Source: a phage. Taken from it: a DNA stretch of 64,000 nucleotides. Shown here one piece after another: positions 40,056 through 49,537 of this stretch. A program made the translations under genes and the position numbers. A model generated the notes under the pieces. It had not been told where the DNA came from. It searched no databases and worked only from the letters and a program-made list of their open reading frames with translations. Location of the stretch: the NCBI GenBank assembly GCA_019326865.1, contig GCA_019326865.1_4101.1; one strand, given 5' to 3'. The stretch's first letter is position 1, and every line of letters starts with the position of its first letter.

Positions 40056-41231
40056 ATGTCACAACTACTAAATGAATCCAAATGGGTAGCAGTAAAAGAG
40101 AAACTAGTTGAAGGTCTACAGGGTACTCGTAAGTCTGTAATGGAAACTGTTCTTGATAACCATCGTAAAGTTATGCTAACTGAATCCGCAACTTCTGGTG
40201 CAACTACCGCTGGTAATATCGCTACACTAAACAAAGTGATTCTACCAATTATGCGTCGTGTAATGCCAACTGTTATTGCTAACGAAATTATCGGTGTTCA
40301 GCCTATGACTGGTCCAGTCGGTCAAATTCACACCCTACGTGTACAATATGCTGATAATGCACCTGGTGTTATCGCTGGTGAAGAAATGCTTTCTCCATAC
40401 AAAATCGCTAAATCCTACTCTGGTGAACTAAATTCTGATAACAGCAATCCTCAAGCTGCTCCTACTAGCCAACTAGAAGGTACTATGGGTCGTCGCGTTA
40501 ACATCCGTATTCTACGTGAAACTGTTGAAGCGAAATCTCGTCGTCTATCTGCACGTTGGACTGTTGAATCTGCACAAGATGCTCAATCCCAACATGGTGT
40601 TGACGTTGAAGCAGAACTAATGGCTGCAATCGCTCAAGAAGTTACCGTAGAAATCGACCAAGAGCTACTAAGCCGTCTACGTGCACTACCAGGTGCTGCT
40701 GCTGTAACTTATGACCAATCTAAAGTTACTGGTGTTGCAACCTTCGTTGGTGATGAGCACGCTGCTCTAGCAACTCTAATTAACCGTCAAGCAAACGAAG
40801 TTGCTCGTCGTACTAAGCGTGGTGCTGCAAACTGGGCTGTTGTTTCCCCAACTGCACTAACCATTCTACAATCTGCTACTACTTCTAGCTTTGCACGTAC
40901 CACTGAAGGTACTTTCGAAGCACCAACTAACGTTAAGTTTGTAGGTACTCTAAACAGCACTATGCGTATTTTTGTTGATACTTATGCAAGTGATTCAGAA
41001 GATATTCTAATTGGTTATAAAGGTAATGCAGAAACTGATGCTGGTGTGTTTTATTGCCCATACATCCCACTAATGGCGTCCGGTACTGTAATGGACCCTA
41101 ACACTGGAGAACTCGTAACCACTTTCTTAACCAGATACGGGTACGTTCAGTTGACCGATAGCACCAGTTCACTAGGTAACGCTGCTGACTACTACAGCAA
41201 AATCGCTATCAAAAACGTTACTTTCATGTAA
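40056..41231 (+). CDS. major capsid protein gp23-like (391 aa)
   Basis: IANEIIGVQPMTGPVGQIHTLRVQYA, VEAKSRRLSARWTVESAQD and FVDTYASDSEDILIGYKGNAETDAGVFYCPYIP match T4 gp23 segments as recalled; TATAAATA late promoter, GGAG RBS, strong terminator downstream. Confidence 0.9.
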   Translation: MSQLLNESKWVAVKEKLVEGLQGTRKSVMETVLDNHRKVMLTESATSGATTAGNIATLNKVILPIMRRVMPTVIANEIIGVQPMTGPVGQIHTLRVQYADNAPGVIAGEEMLSPYKIAKSYSGELNSDNSNPQAAPTSQLEGTMGRRVNIRILRETVEAKSRRLSARWTVESAQDAQSQHGVDVEAELMAAIAQEVTVEIDQELLSRLRALPGAAAVTYDQSKVTGVATFVGDEHAALATLINRQANEVARRTKRGAANWAVVSPTALTILQSATTSSFARTTEGTFEAPTNVKFVGTLNSTMRIFVDTYASDSEDILIGYKGNAETDAGVFYCPYIPLMASGTVMDPNTGELVTTFLTRYGYVQLTDSTSSLGNAADYYSKIAIKNVTFM

Positions 41232-41275
41232 TATTGATTTTTGTAGAATTTATAGAATAAAAAACTTTTATACTA

Positions 41276-41301
41276 GGGACTCTTCGGAGTCCCTTTTTTT
41301 T
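41276..41301 (+). terminator. rho-independent terminator after major capsid gene
   Basis: GGGACTC-TTCG-GAGTCCC then T8. Confidence 0.85.
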
Positions 41302-41324
41302 GGTTTTTATATAACTAAAAGATC

Positions 41325-41353
41325 TTGACAGCACTTAACAATTGTAGTATCAT
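41325..41353 (+). promoter_or_regulatory. sigma70-like promoter for homing-endonuclease-like gene A
   Basis: TTGACA-N17-TATCAT just downstream of capsid terminator. Confidence 0.4.
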
Positions 41354-41387
41354 ACGTGTAAATAAAGAAAAGAACTCGGAGAAAATC

Positions 41388-42983
41388 GTGTTAGAAGAAA
41401 TCAAGAAGTTTTTATCAGAGAAAAATGTTCGTGGTGTTAAATCTGCTCTGCAAGCAAAATCTGTATACATTGAATTCCTGCGAGAGATGTTTGGTGATAT
41501 CGATCTTAATGAAATGATTTATATGGTATTGAATGATATTACTTCAGTGCCGAATGCTGAATGTGGTGACAAAGCTAAGTTTATAAGTATTACCGAAGGA
41601 TATTCTTACAAGTGCAATAAACCATTTCAAGGAAAAGGAAAATGCCTTATCTGTTGCTCCGCAGTTGCTAGGAAACGTAAAGAAACTTACAAAGAAAAAA
41701 CTGGTTATGATAACCCGGCACAGAATCCAGAAATTCAAAAGAAAATAGGGTATACCAATGAACAACGTTATGGCACTCGTATTGCTCAACAATCTGAACA
41801 AGTAAAGCAGAAATCAATAGAAACTAATATCAAAAAGTATGGCGTTGTTCATCCATCACAGTTGGAAAGTAATAAACAGCAACGTTTACAAACTGTACAA
41901 GAAAAGTATGGTATCAATAATGTATGGCAACTTAATAAAGGTCTTAGTGCACGTTATGAACAGTTTAAAACACGATTTGAACAGGATGGTAAATTTACTC
42001 TTTTAAGTGATGAATCCCATTATGATAATAGCAATGACGCAACTCATGCAATCATGCACTGGAAATGTAATGAATGTGGTAATGAGTTTGATAAAGTTGC
42101 TCTTTGCTTACGCTGCCCTAAGTGTGAACCATATTCATCCAGTACTGAAGAAGTTAATCTTTATAATTACATTACCTCTATCTATAGTGGTGTTGTTATT
42201 CAAAACAGCCGCAACATAATCAAAGGTAATGAAATTGATATTTTCATCCCAGAACTGAAACTTGGTATTGAGTTCAATGGTGAGTACTGGCATCGTGATG
42301 AAGTTCGTGGTAAAGACTATCATCAATCCAAATACTTCAAAATGAAGGAAGCAGGATACAAACTTATCACTATCTATAGTAATGAATGGTCAAATAAAAC
42401 TGAAATTGTTAAGAATCGTTTGAAAAGTTTGATTAGTGTGGATAGTAAAATCTATGCTCGTAAGTGTGAAGTTAGATTGGTTGTACATGAAGAATGTGAT
42501 AAATTTTTGTATGAACATCATATTCAAGGACCATGCCAATCATCAATCAAACTTGGACTTTACTATAATGATGATTTGGTTGCTTTGATGACATTTGGTG
42601 CACCACGATTTAACAAGCAGTATGAATATGAATTACTGCGTTATTGTTCTAAAGGAACAGTTGTTGGGGGTGCATCGAAACTGTTAAAACATTTTGAACG
42701 TATGTATCTTCCTAAATCTCTTCTTTCATACGCCGATATGAACTGGAGTACTGGTAATTTGTATGAAAAAATTGGTTTTACTTTAGAAGAAGTAACTCAA
42801 CCTGGTTATTTTTACTATGATAGAAAAAACGAAGTTGTTTATTCTCGCCATCAATGCCAAAAACAAAAACTTATTAAAAAATATAATTTTGATAGTTCTA
42901 TGACAGAGAAGGAAATGACAAAAGAATTAGGATACTTTAGAATCTATGATTGTGGTAACTTAGTTTATAAAAAGATTTACTAA
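41388..42983 (+). CDS. homing-endonuclease-like protein A: Cys-rich zinc-ribbon regions, tandem repeats, Vsr-like PD-(D/E)xK nuclease core
   Basis: IDIFIPELKLGIEFNGEYWH resembles the Vsr/DUF559 active-site region; repeats of form G..(N/H)P.Q......K........YG; own sigma70-like promoter; track start 41325 is TTG, GTG at 41388 has GGAG RBS; paralog at 62327. Confidence 0.55.
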   Translation: MLEEIKKFLSEKNVRGVKSALQAKSVYIEFLREMFGDIDLNEMIYMVLNDITSVPNAECGDKAKFISITEGYSYKCNKPFQGKGKCLICCSAVARKRKETYKEKTGYDNPAQNPEIQKKIGYTNEQRYGTRIAQQSEQVKQKSIETNIKKYGVVHPSQLESNKQQRLQTVQEKYGINNVWQLNKGLSARYEQFKTRFEQDGKFTLLSDESHYDNSNDATHAIMHWKCNECGNEFDKVALCLRCPKCEPYSSSTEEVNLYNYITSIYSGVVIQNSRNIIKGNEIDIFIPELKLGIEFNGEYWHRDEVRGKDYHQSKYFKMKEAGYKLITIYSNEWSNKTEIVKNRLKSLISVDSKIYARKCEVRLVVHEECDKFLYEHHIQGPCQSSIKLGLYYNDDLVALMTFGAPRFNKQYEYELLRYCSKGTVVGGASKLLKHFERMYLPKSLLSYADMNWSTGNLYEKIGFTLEEVTQPGYFYYDRKNEVVYSRHQCQKQKLIKKYNFDSSMTEKEMTKELGYFRIYDCGNLVYKKIY

Positions 42984-43000
42984 AATACGGGAGAATACGG

Positions 43001-43351
43001 ATGTTAACTGTATACAAATTTAACAAAGAAGAGTACTTAAAGAGTCAGTACTCAAATATAGAAATAAATGTTCCTTATGGTACGTTAGTTGGATATGATG
43101 AAGCCACTGAAACATTGTATTATAATGATGATAGATTGGATTATAGTTTAGATTCTTTCATAGAAGATATACTTAATACACAAACTGAAGATATGTTGTA
43201 TGAAGAATACATCGATCATTATAGAGAACGTATGTCGGTGCTGCATTCTGATGCTCCTGTACTAAACATAGCACAAGAACCATCGGAATTTCAGCCACAT
43301 AATCCTTTTCAACGTTTAATTGATATTGGTTTAAAATTCACTATTAGTTGA
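43001..43351 (+). CDS. hypothetical protein (116 aa)
   Basis: ORF with GGAG RBS. Confidence 0.5.
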   Translation: MLTVYKFNKEEYLKSQYSNIEINVPYGTLVGYDEATETLYYNDDRLDYSLDSFIEDILNTQTEDMLYEEYIDHYRERMSVLHSDAPVLNIAQEPSEFQPHNPFQRLIDIGLKFTIS

Positions 43352-43390
43352 TAGATAAATATCTCCATATTAATGATGGAGATTGAATCT

Positions 43391-43699
43391 ATGTCACAGA
43401 TATGTTATGTTATAATAAACTCTGCATGGCCTGACTATGTTAAGATTGGTTTCACTTCTAAATCTGAAATGACAGAGCGTTTGAGAACGTATCAGACAGC
43501 TACCCCGTTTCGTGATTTTGAAGTTTATCATGAAGTTCACTTTGAAGACGCACGTTTAGCTGAAAAAGAGATACATAAAAGGCTTAAACAAATGAATGCA
43601 ACTAGACAACCAAACACGGAGTGGTTTAAAATGTCTAAAAAAATAGCAGCAAACATCATTGATTCTGTGTGGGATGATATGGATAACGACTTGCTATAG
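43391..43699 (+). CDS. T5orf172 / GIY-YIG-like domain protein
   Basis: CYVIINSAWPDYVKIGFTSKSEMTERLRTYQT...EWF matches the T5orf172 pattern as recalled; 8-bp inverted repeat ATCTCCAT/ATGGAGAT overlaps the RBS. Confidence 0.55.
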   Translation: MSQICYVIINSAWPDYVKIGFTSKSEMTERLRTYQTATPFRDFEVYHEVHFEDARLAEKEIHKRLKQMNATRQPNTEWFKMSKKIAANIIDSVWDDMDNDLL

Positions 43700-43739
43700 G
43701 AATAAATATAGTATATATTAATCATAAAGGGATTTATAC

Positions 43740-45335
43740 ATGAGCATAAGTTTTAATAACCCATTGGATACAATGACCAGTACTGGTGCTAATGGTTCTT
43801 TAGAATTAATAGTGCTTGGTGGTTCACCAACTAATCCAAGACCTATTCGTTTTAATTCGTCATCAGTCATTATACCAGTAAAAACATTACCTACTGGTGA
43901 GCAAGGTGCAATGGTTTTTGATAGAAATGAATTAGTTTTGAAGTATCATAACGGTACAAGTTGGGTTGCAGTATATGATACTGATACTATTTTGGAACCA
44001 ATTAGAATTTCATTGGATGAAGTAAATCGAAAATTAAATTTAAAAGTAGAAACCGTATCATATAGTAGCAGTGCTGTTCCAAGTGCAAGTATAAGTGGGA
44101 CTAATTTAAATATTGTATTCCCTACTGTAGCTACTGGCGGTTCAGGACCAACTGGACTTTACACTTCACTAAAACCTGGTGCTATTACACAATACGCATT
44201 GACATCTGGACAAAACGTTGCTAGTATACGTGAACAAATGTCGGGTCAAACCAATGGACAAAATGGTCGCAATGGCTCACAAGGTTCTCCGTGGAAAACA
44301 TCTGATGGTTGGTGTTTTGCTGATGGGATGTGGTGGCAATGGGAAGGCGAAAATGGTACAATTACTAAACAAGTACCAAACCTTAACAGAAACGCGTATT
44401 TAAAAGGAATATCCACATCAGGTGTAACTCAAATTGATGGTGTTATTAGTAGTAGTGGAAACATTAGCGGAACTGTTTTAAGTGTAGCACAGTTGCCATC
44501 TCACTCATTCAGTTTTAGTGGGACTACTAGTGCTGCTGGTCGTCATGGTCATAGTCAAGCACTAAAAGGTAATGACCGTAGTGGTCTAAATGCAATAACG
44601 TCGAGTAGAGATAATGGTATTCCAACTGTAATCAGTAATATTAATGAAGCACCTGACCACGTACACTCATTTAGTGGAAACACAAACACACTTGGTGGAA
44701 ATCAGCCACATTACCATAGCATTAGTAACGTTGATGTGGAACACTTTAACGTTGCATACCTATATAATATTGCTGAATCTAACGTTGCATTGAGCGAAAA
44801 AGTTGCAAATAAACGTTATGTACTGAAAACTGGTGATACAATGACTGGCTCATTGACTATTGCAAATAGTGCATCCATACAGTCAAATGATACATCATTA
44901 GTTCTTTATTTCCGTAATGCAAGTGGGGGCGAACGTGCAGCGGTATATCATAACTCATCAAACAACACCTTGAGATTACGTTCTGGTGGTGCAGAAGTAG
45001 CTGTAAACTCTTCGGGTAACTTGTCTGCTCCATCTTTAACTGTTTCTAATAACTCAGCTACTGTTGGTGGCAAAAATATTGTTCGTTCGATTAACGGAAA
45101 TGCAGCAGATGGTAATGGTAATGTGAATATTAAAATTGAAACTGGTGCAATTACTGCTATGAAATTTGGTGGTAAACAACAACTTAGTGTTTCTGATAAC
45201 ATATATCGTTCAGGATGGGTAATCACTGGTTGGGCAAATGGTGATAAAAAAGAACTACGTGGTGCTGGTTATTGGTCTGCTCCATTGTATTATTTGATTG
45301 GTAGTTCTTGGTACATCATCCCAACCGATAATTAA
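43740..45335 (+). CDS. tail fiber protein with HxH receptor-binding-type C-terminal region
   Basis: Gly/Ser/Thr/Asn-rich composition; PSHSFSFSGTT, GRHGHS, PDHVHSFSG, QPHYH motifs resembling tail-collar/short-fiber tip domains. Confidence 0.6.
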   Translation: MSISFNNPLDTMTSTGANGSLELIVLGGSPTNPRPIRFNSSSVIIPVKTLPTGEQGAMVFDRNELVLKYHNGTSWVAVYDTDTILEPIRISLDEVNRKLNLKVETVSYSSSAVPSASISGTNLNIVFPTVATGGSGPTGLYTSLKPGAITQYALTSGQNVASIREQMSGQTNGQNGRNGSQGSPWKTSDGWCFADGMWWQWEGENGTITKQVPNLNRNAYLKGISTSGVTQIDGVISSSGNISGTVLSVAQLPSHSFSFSGTTSAAGRHGHSQALKGNDRSGLNAITSSRDNGIPTVISNINEAPDHVHSFSGNTNTLGGNQPHYHSISNVDVEHFNVAYLYNIAESNVALSEKVANKRYVLKTGDTMTGSLTIANSASIQSNDTSLVLYFRNASGGERAAVYHNSSNNTLRLRSGGAEVAVNSSGNLSAPSLTVSNNSATVGGKNIVRSINGNAADGNGNVNIKIETGAITAMKFGGKQQLSVSDNIYRSGWVITGWANGDKKELRGAGYWSAPLYYLIGSSWYIIPTDN

Positions 45336-45347
45336 TAGGAAAATAAT

Positions 45348-45890
45348 ATGCAAATTTATAAAGGATGGAAAGCTTATAAACCTAATCGTACTGAGGAAAA
45401 TGCAAATGGGATAGATGCAGGTGCTCTTTTCATTCAAGATGAAAATGGCAATGATTGGTATGATTTTATGAAATCACATGCTGATCGTAAAGACTTTTAT
45501 GTATTAGTTGATGAAGTAACTTCAGTTGTGATTGGATATGGTTATTCAGTTGTGGAAACATTTCCAATTGAAATGACATTGTGTATAGTAGAAGATATTA
45601 ATGAACTACCCGACGGTTTTTTAGAAAATCCAAAATACTTTGAACTCAAGAACGATAAGATAGTTTCTAGCAATGTTCTTAAGAAAGTAGAACTTGGATA
45701 TGCACTTGAATATGAGTTGGATTGGGTAAATTCAGAAATTAGTGTTCTAGCTGATGCTGAATTGTTTGAAGATCCTGAAGATCTTCCACCAATTCAAGAA
45801 CGTCTATTAAAACTTCGTCGTTATCGTTATGAACTCTCAAAAGTTGATCCTGAAGTAACTCCTGATTATGTTATACCAGCACGTCCTTAA
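45348..45890 (+). CDS. putative tail fiber assembly/chaperone protein
   Basis: Immediately downstream of the fiber gene; size typical; no diagnostic motif. Confidence 0.3.
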   Translation: MQIYKGWKAYKPNRTEENANGIDAGALFIQDENGNDWYDFMKSHADRKDFYVLVDEVTSVVIGYGYSVVETFPIEMTLCIVEDINELPDGFLENPKYFELKNDKIVSSNVLKKVELGYALEYELDWVNSEISVLADAELFEDPEDLPPIQERLLKLRRYRYELSKVDPEVTPDYVIPARP

Positions 45891-45900
45891 GGATTGAATG

Positions 45901-45934
45901 AAAACTGCTGCAAATTGTTTGTGGCAGTTTTTTA
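45901..45934 (+). terminator. rho-independent terminator after fiber/chaperone genes
   Basis: AAAACTGC...GCAGTTTT imperfect stem then T-rich run. Confidence 0.5.
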
Positions 45935-46047
45935 TTTTAATAGTTTATAGTTAAAAGAGTGTCTTGTAGAACAACTATCTTGTTTAACTTCATGCTAACC
46001 TATACAATGTTGCACCTGCCGTGTCAGAAAATTCATAGGATTTTTTT

Positions 46048-46075
46048 GGGACACTTTAAGAAGAACTGATATAAT
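46048..46075 (+). promoter_or_regulatory. sigma70-type early promoter
   Basis: GGGACA-N16-TATAAT (TGa). Confidence 0.5.
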
Positions 46076-46077
46076 AT

Positions 46078-46109
46078 AGTCATTCCACAATGTTCCTTAT
46101 GGAATGACT
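46078..46109 (+). promoter_or_regulatory. perfect 10-bp inverted repeat at transcript start (operator or 5' hairpin)
   Basis: AGTCATTCCA-N12-TGGAATGACT beginning 3 nt after the -10 hexamer. Confidence 0.4.
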
Positions 46110-46149
46110 ATATTTGATTATATAATTTATCACATGGAGATATACAAAA

Positions 46150-46452
46150 ATGGCTAAATCTAAAAAAGAAGTTAAAGTAGAAATTCGTGATCTAAACGAT
46201 GAACAACGTAAACGCCTCGGAGATGCACTTAATAACATTGTTGTACAACTTACTTTCATTGATGATACCAAAGCATCCTTGTCAGATTTTGTTTCTAGTA
46301 TTTCAGATGAACTAGGTATCAATGCATCTGATATCAAGCAAGCTGCACAGCGTATGTATAAAGGTGATTACTTTGATAAACAAAGCAAACTAGATAACAT
46401 CGAAACTATCCTAAGTGTTACTAATAATCTACCACAAGCAGATGATTACTAA
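46150..46452 (+). CDS. hypothetical early protein (100 aa)
   Basis: ORF downstream of GGGACA-N16-TATAAT promoter and a 10-bp inverted repeat; terminator downstream. Confidence 0.5.
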   Translation: MAKSKKEVKVEIRDLNDEQRKRLGDALNNIVVQLTFIDDTKASLSDFVSSISDELGINASDIKQAAQRMYKGDYFDKQSKLDNIETILSVTNNLPQADDY

Positions 46453-46475
46453 TTTCTAATAAAATATATTAAATG

Positions 46476-46502
46476 GCCTCCAGTGACGGAGGCTTTCTTT
46501 TT
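46476..46502 (+). terminator. rho-independent terminator upstream of polymerase gene
   Basis: GCCTCC-agtgac-GGAGGC then TTTCTTTTT. Confidence 0.7.
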
Positions 46503-46531
46503 AACTTAATAAACGTAAGGGAATATAAACG

Positions 46532-49500
46532 ATGTATATCGATGCTTATATGGAACGTAAACGTACTGGTGATATTCTTCATGTTGTGGAACGTAAAAAT
46601 GGTAAACGCATTCTACGTGAATTGGACCCAGTATATGAATATTATGTTGAATCACCACAAGGAACACATAAAACTGTTTATGGTACAATGGCTAAACATT
46701 TTGAGTTTCAAACCCAAGCTCAAATGAATAAAAGTGTAGAGAAACACAAAAATGAAGGTCTACGTATTTTTGAAAGTGATTGTAATATCATATTCAAAAC
46801 CTTAGCTAAAGAATATATGGGGAAAGGTTCACCAGATTTGAATATCGTATTCTTCGATATTGAAACTGACTTCCATAAGAAATTTGGTTATGCTCCACCA
46901 TCGGACCCATTTAACCGCGTAACTGCCATTTCTTTATATCAATCATGGACTGGCAAAGATTATGTACTTACTTTACCACCAGTTGATATGGAAATTTATG
47001 AAGCACAAGATATTGTTCGTAAGCTAAATGAAGAAACAAATGATCCTAACAGTACTGTGATTCTATATACAGACGAAAAGGAAATGTTTATGGAATTCTT
47101 TAGTTTAATTGATGACTCTGATGTTATTTCAGGATGGAATAGTGAATTTTTTGATATTCCATATATGATCAATCGAACTAAAAAAATCTTCAATGAAGCA
47201 ACGACTGCTCGTTGGTGTTTATGGAATAAAAAACCAAATTCACGTGAAGCCGATAACTTTGGAAAAACTGTACAAACTTATGATCTGGTAGGACGTGTTC
47301 ATCTAGATTACTTGGCTTTGTATAAAAAACATGCTGGGCAAGTTGAACAATCTTATAAACTAGATTATATTGCTGAAAAAGTAACAAAAGAAAATAAAGT
47401 ATCTTATGAAGGTTCATTGGATAAACTTTATAGAGAAGATTACATTACTTTCTTGCGTTATTCTAAACAGGATAGTATTCTTCTTAAAAAGATTGATGCT
47501 AAATGTGACTACATCAACCTACATAATCGTCTTGCACATAAAGAGTGTGTACTTATTAGTACAACAATGGGTTCAGTAGCACTAATCGACACTGCTATTA
47601 TTAACTTAGCACATAGCCGTGGTGAAGTTGTTTTTAACAAAGCACCTAAAGACGATGTTGAGTTTGATCCAGAAATGGAATATTATAGTGAAGATGGTGA
47701 AGATGAAGAAGAGAAAATCAGTGCAAAAGCCGCAGGTGCATGGGTACAAGATCCAGTTTTGGGACTTGTAAGTGACCTTGGATGTACTGACTTTAACTCT
47801 CTTTATCCTACAGTTCTACGTACATTGGGAATGAGCACAGAATGTATTCTTGGTCAATTACGTCAAGATTATACGGATGCGTATCTTGCAGCTAAAATTC
47901 AGGAACAGAAAAATAAATCCAAATCTAGATCATTTGAACCAGACTGGACTGCCGCATGGCATGGTTTGTTTGCTGCTGTTGAGTTCACTATGGTTCATGA
48001 AAAGTCAGAAGAAACATTGATTGTAGATTTAGAAGATGGGAGTTCTTTTAAAGCAACTGGAAAAGAACTATATGATATTATTTTTGCAGAAGATAGTACT
48101 ATTGTTCTAAGTGCAAATGGAACCTTGTTTGATAAATCAAAATCTGGTGTAATTCCAGATATTCTTACACAATGGTATTCTGAACGTAAAGCTCAACAAA
48201 AAATGGTTATTGATTACAAACATATGTGTACTGATGGTTGGGAGTTTAATGGTCATGAAAAAGTTGAACCACTATTGACAAACTATACCCCAGGAACTAT
48301 GTTTAGAACTAATATCCATGATAACGATCCTGTATACTTACTTCGCAAAGAAATTGGCAAAGGACAATGGGATGAAGTTGCTAAGTTGATTGTAGAAAAT
48401 GGATTAGTACTTAAAGATGGTCGCATTTACTGTCCTAAAGAAGAAAAAGATTACTTCAAGCAACGTAGTGCTTTCTGGAAACAGAACCAACAGATTCGTA
48501 AAATTCTTCTAAACAGTCTATATGGTGCACTACTGAACAAAGGTTCTCGTTTCTTTGATAAGCGTTTGGGTCAATCTGTCACATTAACTGGTCGTTCGAT
48601 GACTAAGCATATGGCAAGTCGTATCAATGAAATTACAACTGGTGTATATATTCATCACGGCGGTTCTGTGATCTATGGGGACACTGACTCTGTGTACTTT
48701 AGTGTAACGCATTATCTAAAAGAACAAGGCATTCCATATAATTTATCTAAAGAAGAAATTGTTGATATGTATATTAAAATTGGTGAAGAAGTTGGTGAAT
48801 CTTTTCCATCATTTATGCATCAAATGTTCAACACTGGTATTGAAAAAGGTAAGATTGTTGGGGCAGACCTTGAGATGGTTGGTTCCCGTGGATTATTCTT
48901 GAAGAAAAAACGTTATGCAATTTTGAAGTACTGGGAAGATGGATTTCGCAAAGATATTGATGGTAAACCTGGTGAAATCAAAGCTATGGGTCTTGAAATT
49001 AAACGTTCAGATACACCAAAATACATCCAGAACTTCCTAGAAGAGACTCTAATTGCACTACTGGTAGGTGAGAATGAACAACAGTTAAAACAGCGTGTAC
49101 GTGCTTTTAAGGACGTATTTAAAGATATGCCTGTGCATGAAAAAGGCTCACCAAAAACTGTAAAAAACTACACAAATTTAGAGGCCGAATATCAACTAAC
49201 AGGTAAGTGTAAGGTTGGGCACGTTCTTGCTGGTATTCAATGGAACCGCTTACGTGAAGTTTATGATGATAAAACTGTCCCAGAAGTAACTGATGGAACA
49301 AAAGTAATTGTTTGTAACTTAAAAGATAATCCAATGGGGATTAAAGCAGTTGGTTATCCAATTGACTGTGTTGAGTATCTACCTGAATGGTTCTTAGAAC
49401 TACCATTTGACACTGAAAAAATGGAAGAGATTGTTCTAACTAAAAAATTAGAGAATATTTTTGGTATTTTAGATATGGATATTGGTATTCATGAAAAAAG

Positions 49501-49537
49501 TACTGCATCAGTAAACAATGGATTCTTCACTTGGTAA
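46532..49537 (+). CDS. DNA polymerase, family B (gp43-like)
   Basis: Exo I FFDIETD, motif A DFNSLYPT, motif B KILLNSLYG, motif C YGDTDS. Confidence 0.9.
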   Translation: MYIDAYMERKRTGDILHVVERKNGKRILRELDPVYEYYVESPQGTHKTVYGTMAKHFEFQTQAQMNKSVEKHKNEGLRIFESDCNIIFKTLAKEYMGKGSPDLNIVFFDIETDFHKKFGYAPPSDPFNRVTAISLYQSWTGKDYVLTLPPVDMEIYEAQDIVRKLNEETNDPNSTVILYTDEKEMFMEFFSLIDDSDVISGWNSEFFDIPYMINRTKKIFNEATTARWCLWNKKPNSREADNFGKTVQTYDLVGRVHLDYLALYKKHAGQVEQSYKLDYIAEKVTKENKVSYEGSLDKLYREDYITFLRYSKQDSILLKKIDAKCDYINLHNRLAHKECVLISTTMGSVALIDTAIINLAHSRGEVVFNKAPKDDVEFDPEMEYYSEDGEDEEEKISAKAAGAWVQDPVLGLVSDLGCTDFNSLYPTVLRTLGMSTECILGQLRQDYTDAYLAAKIQEQKNKSKSRSFEPDWTAAWHGLFAAVEFTMVHEKSEETLIVDLEDGSSFKATGKELYDIIFAEDSTIVLSANGTLFDKSKSGVIPDILTQWYSERKAQQKMVIDYKHMCTDGWEFNGHEKVEPLLTNYTPGTMFRTNIHDNDPVYLLRKEIGKGQWDEVAKLIVENGLVLKDGRIYCPKEEKDYFKQRSAFWKQNQQIRKILLNSLYGALLNKGSRFFDKRLGQSVTLTGRSMTKHMASRINEITTGVYIHHGGSVIYGDTDSVYFSVTHYLKEQGIPYNLSKEEIVDMYIKIGEEVGESFPSFMHQMFNTGIEKGKIVGADLEMVGSRGLFLKKKRYAILKYWEDGFRKDIDGKPGEIKAMGLEIKRSDTPKYIQNFLEETLIALLVGENEQQLKQRVRAFKDVFKDMPVHEKGSPKTVKNYTNLEAEYQLTGKCKVGHVLAGIQWNRLREVYDDKTVPEVTDGTKVIVCNLKDNPMGIKAVGYPIDCVEYLPEWFLELPFDTEKMEEIVLTKKLENIFGILDMDIGIHEKSTASVNNGFFTW

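Noticed and set aside
43740-45890. Diversity-generating retroelement targeting the tail fiber
   Set aside because: No reverse-transcriptase ORF and no template/variable repeat pair seen near the fiber gene
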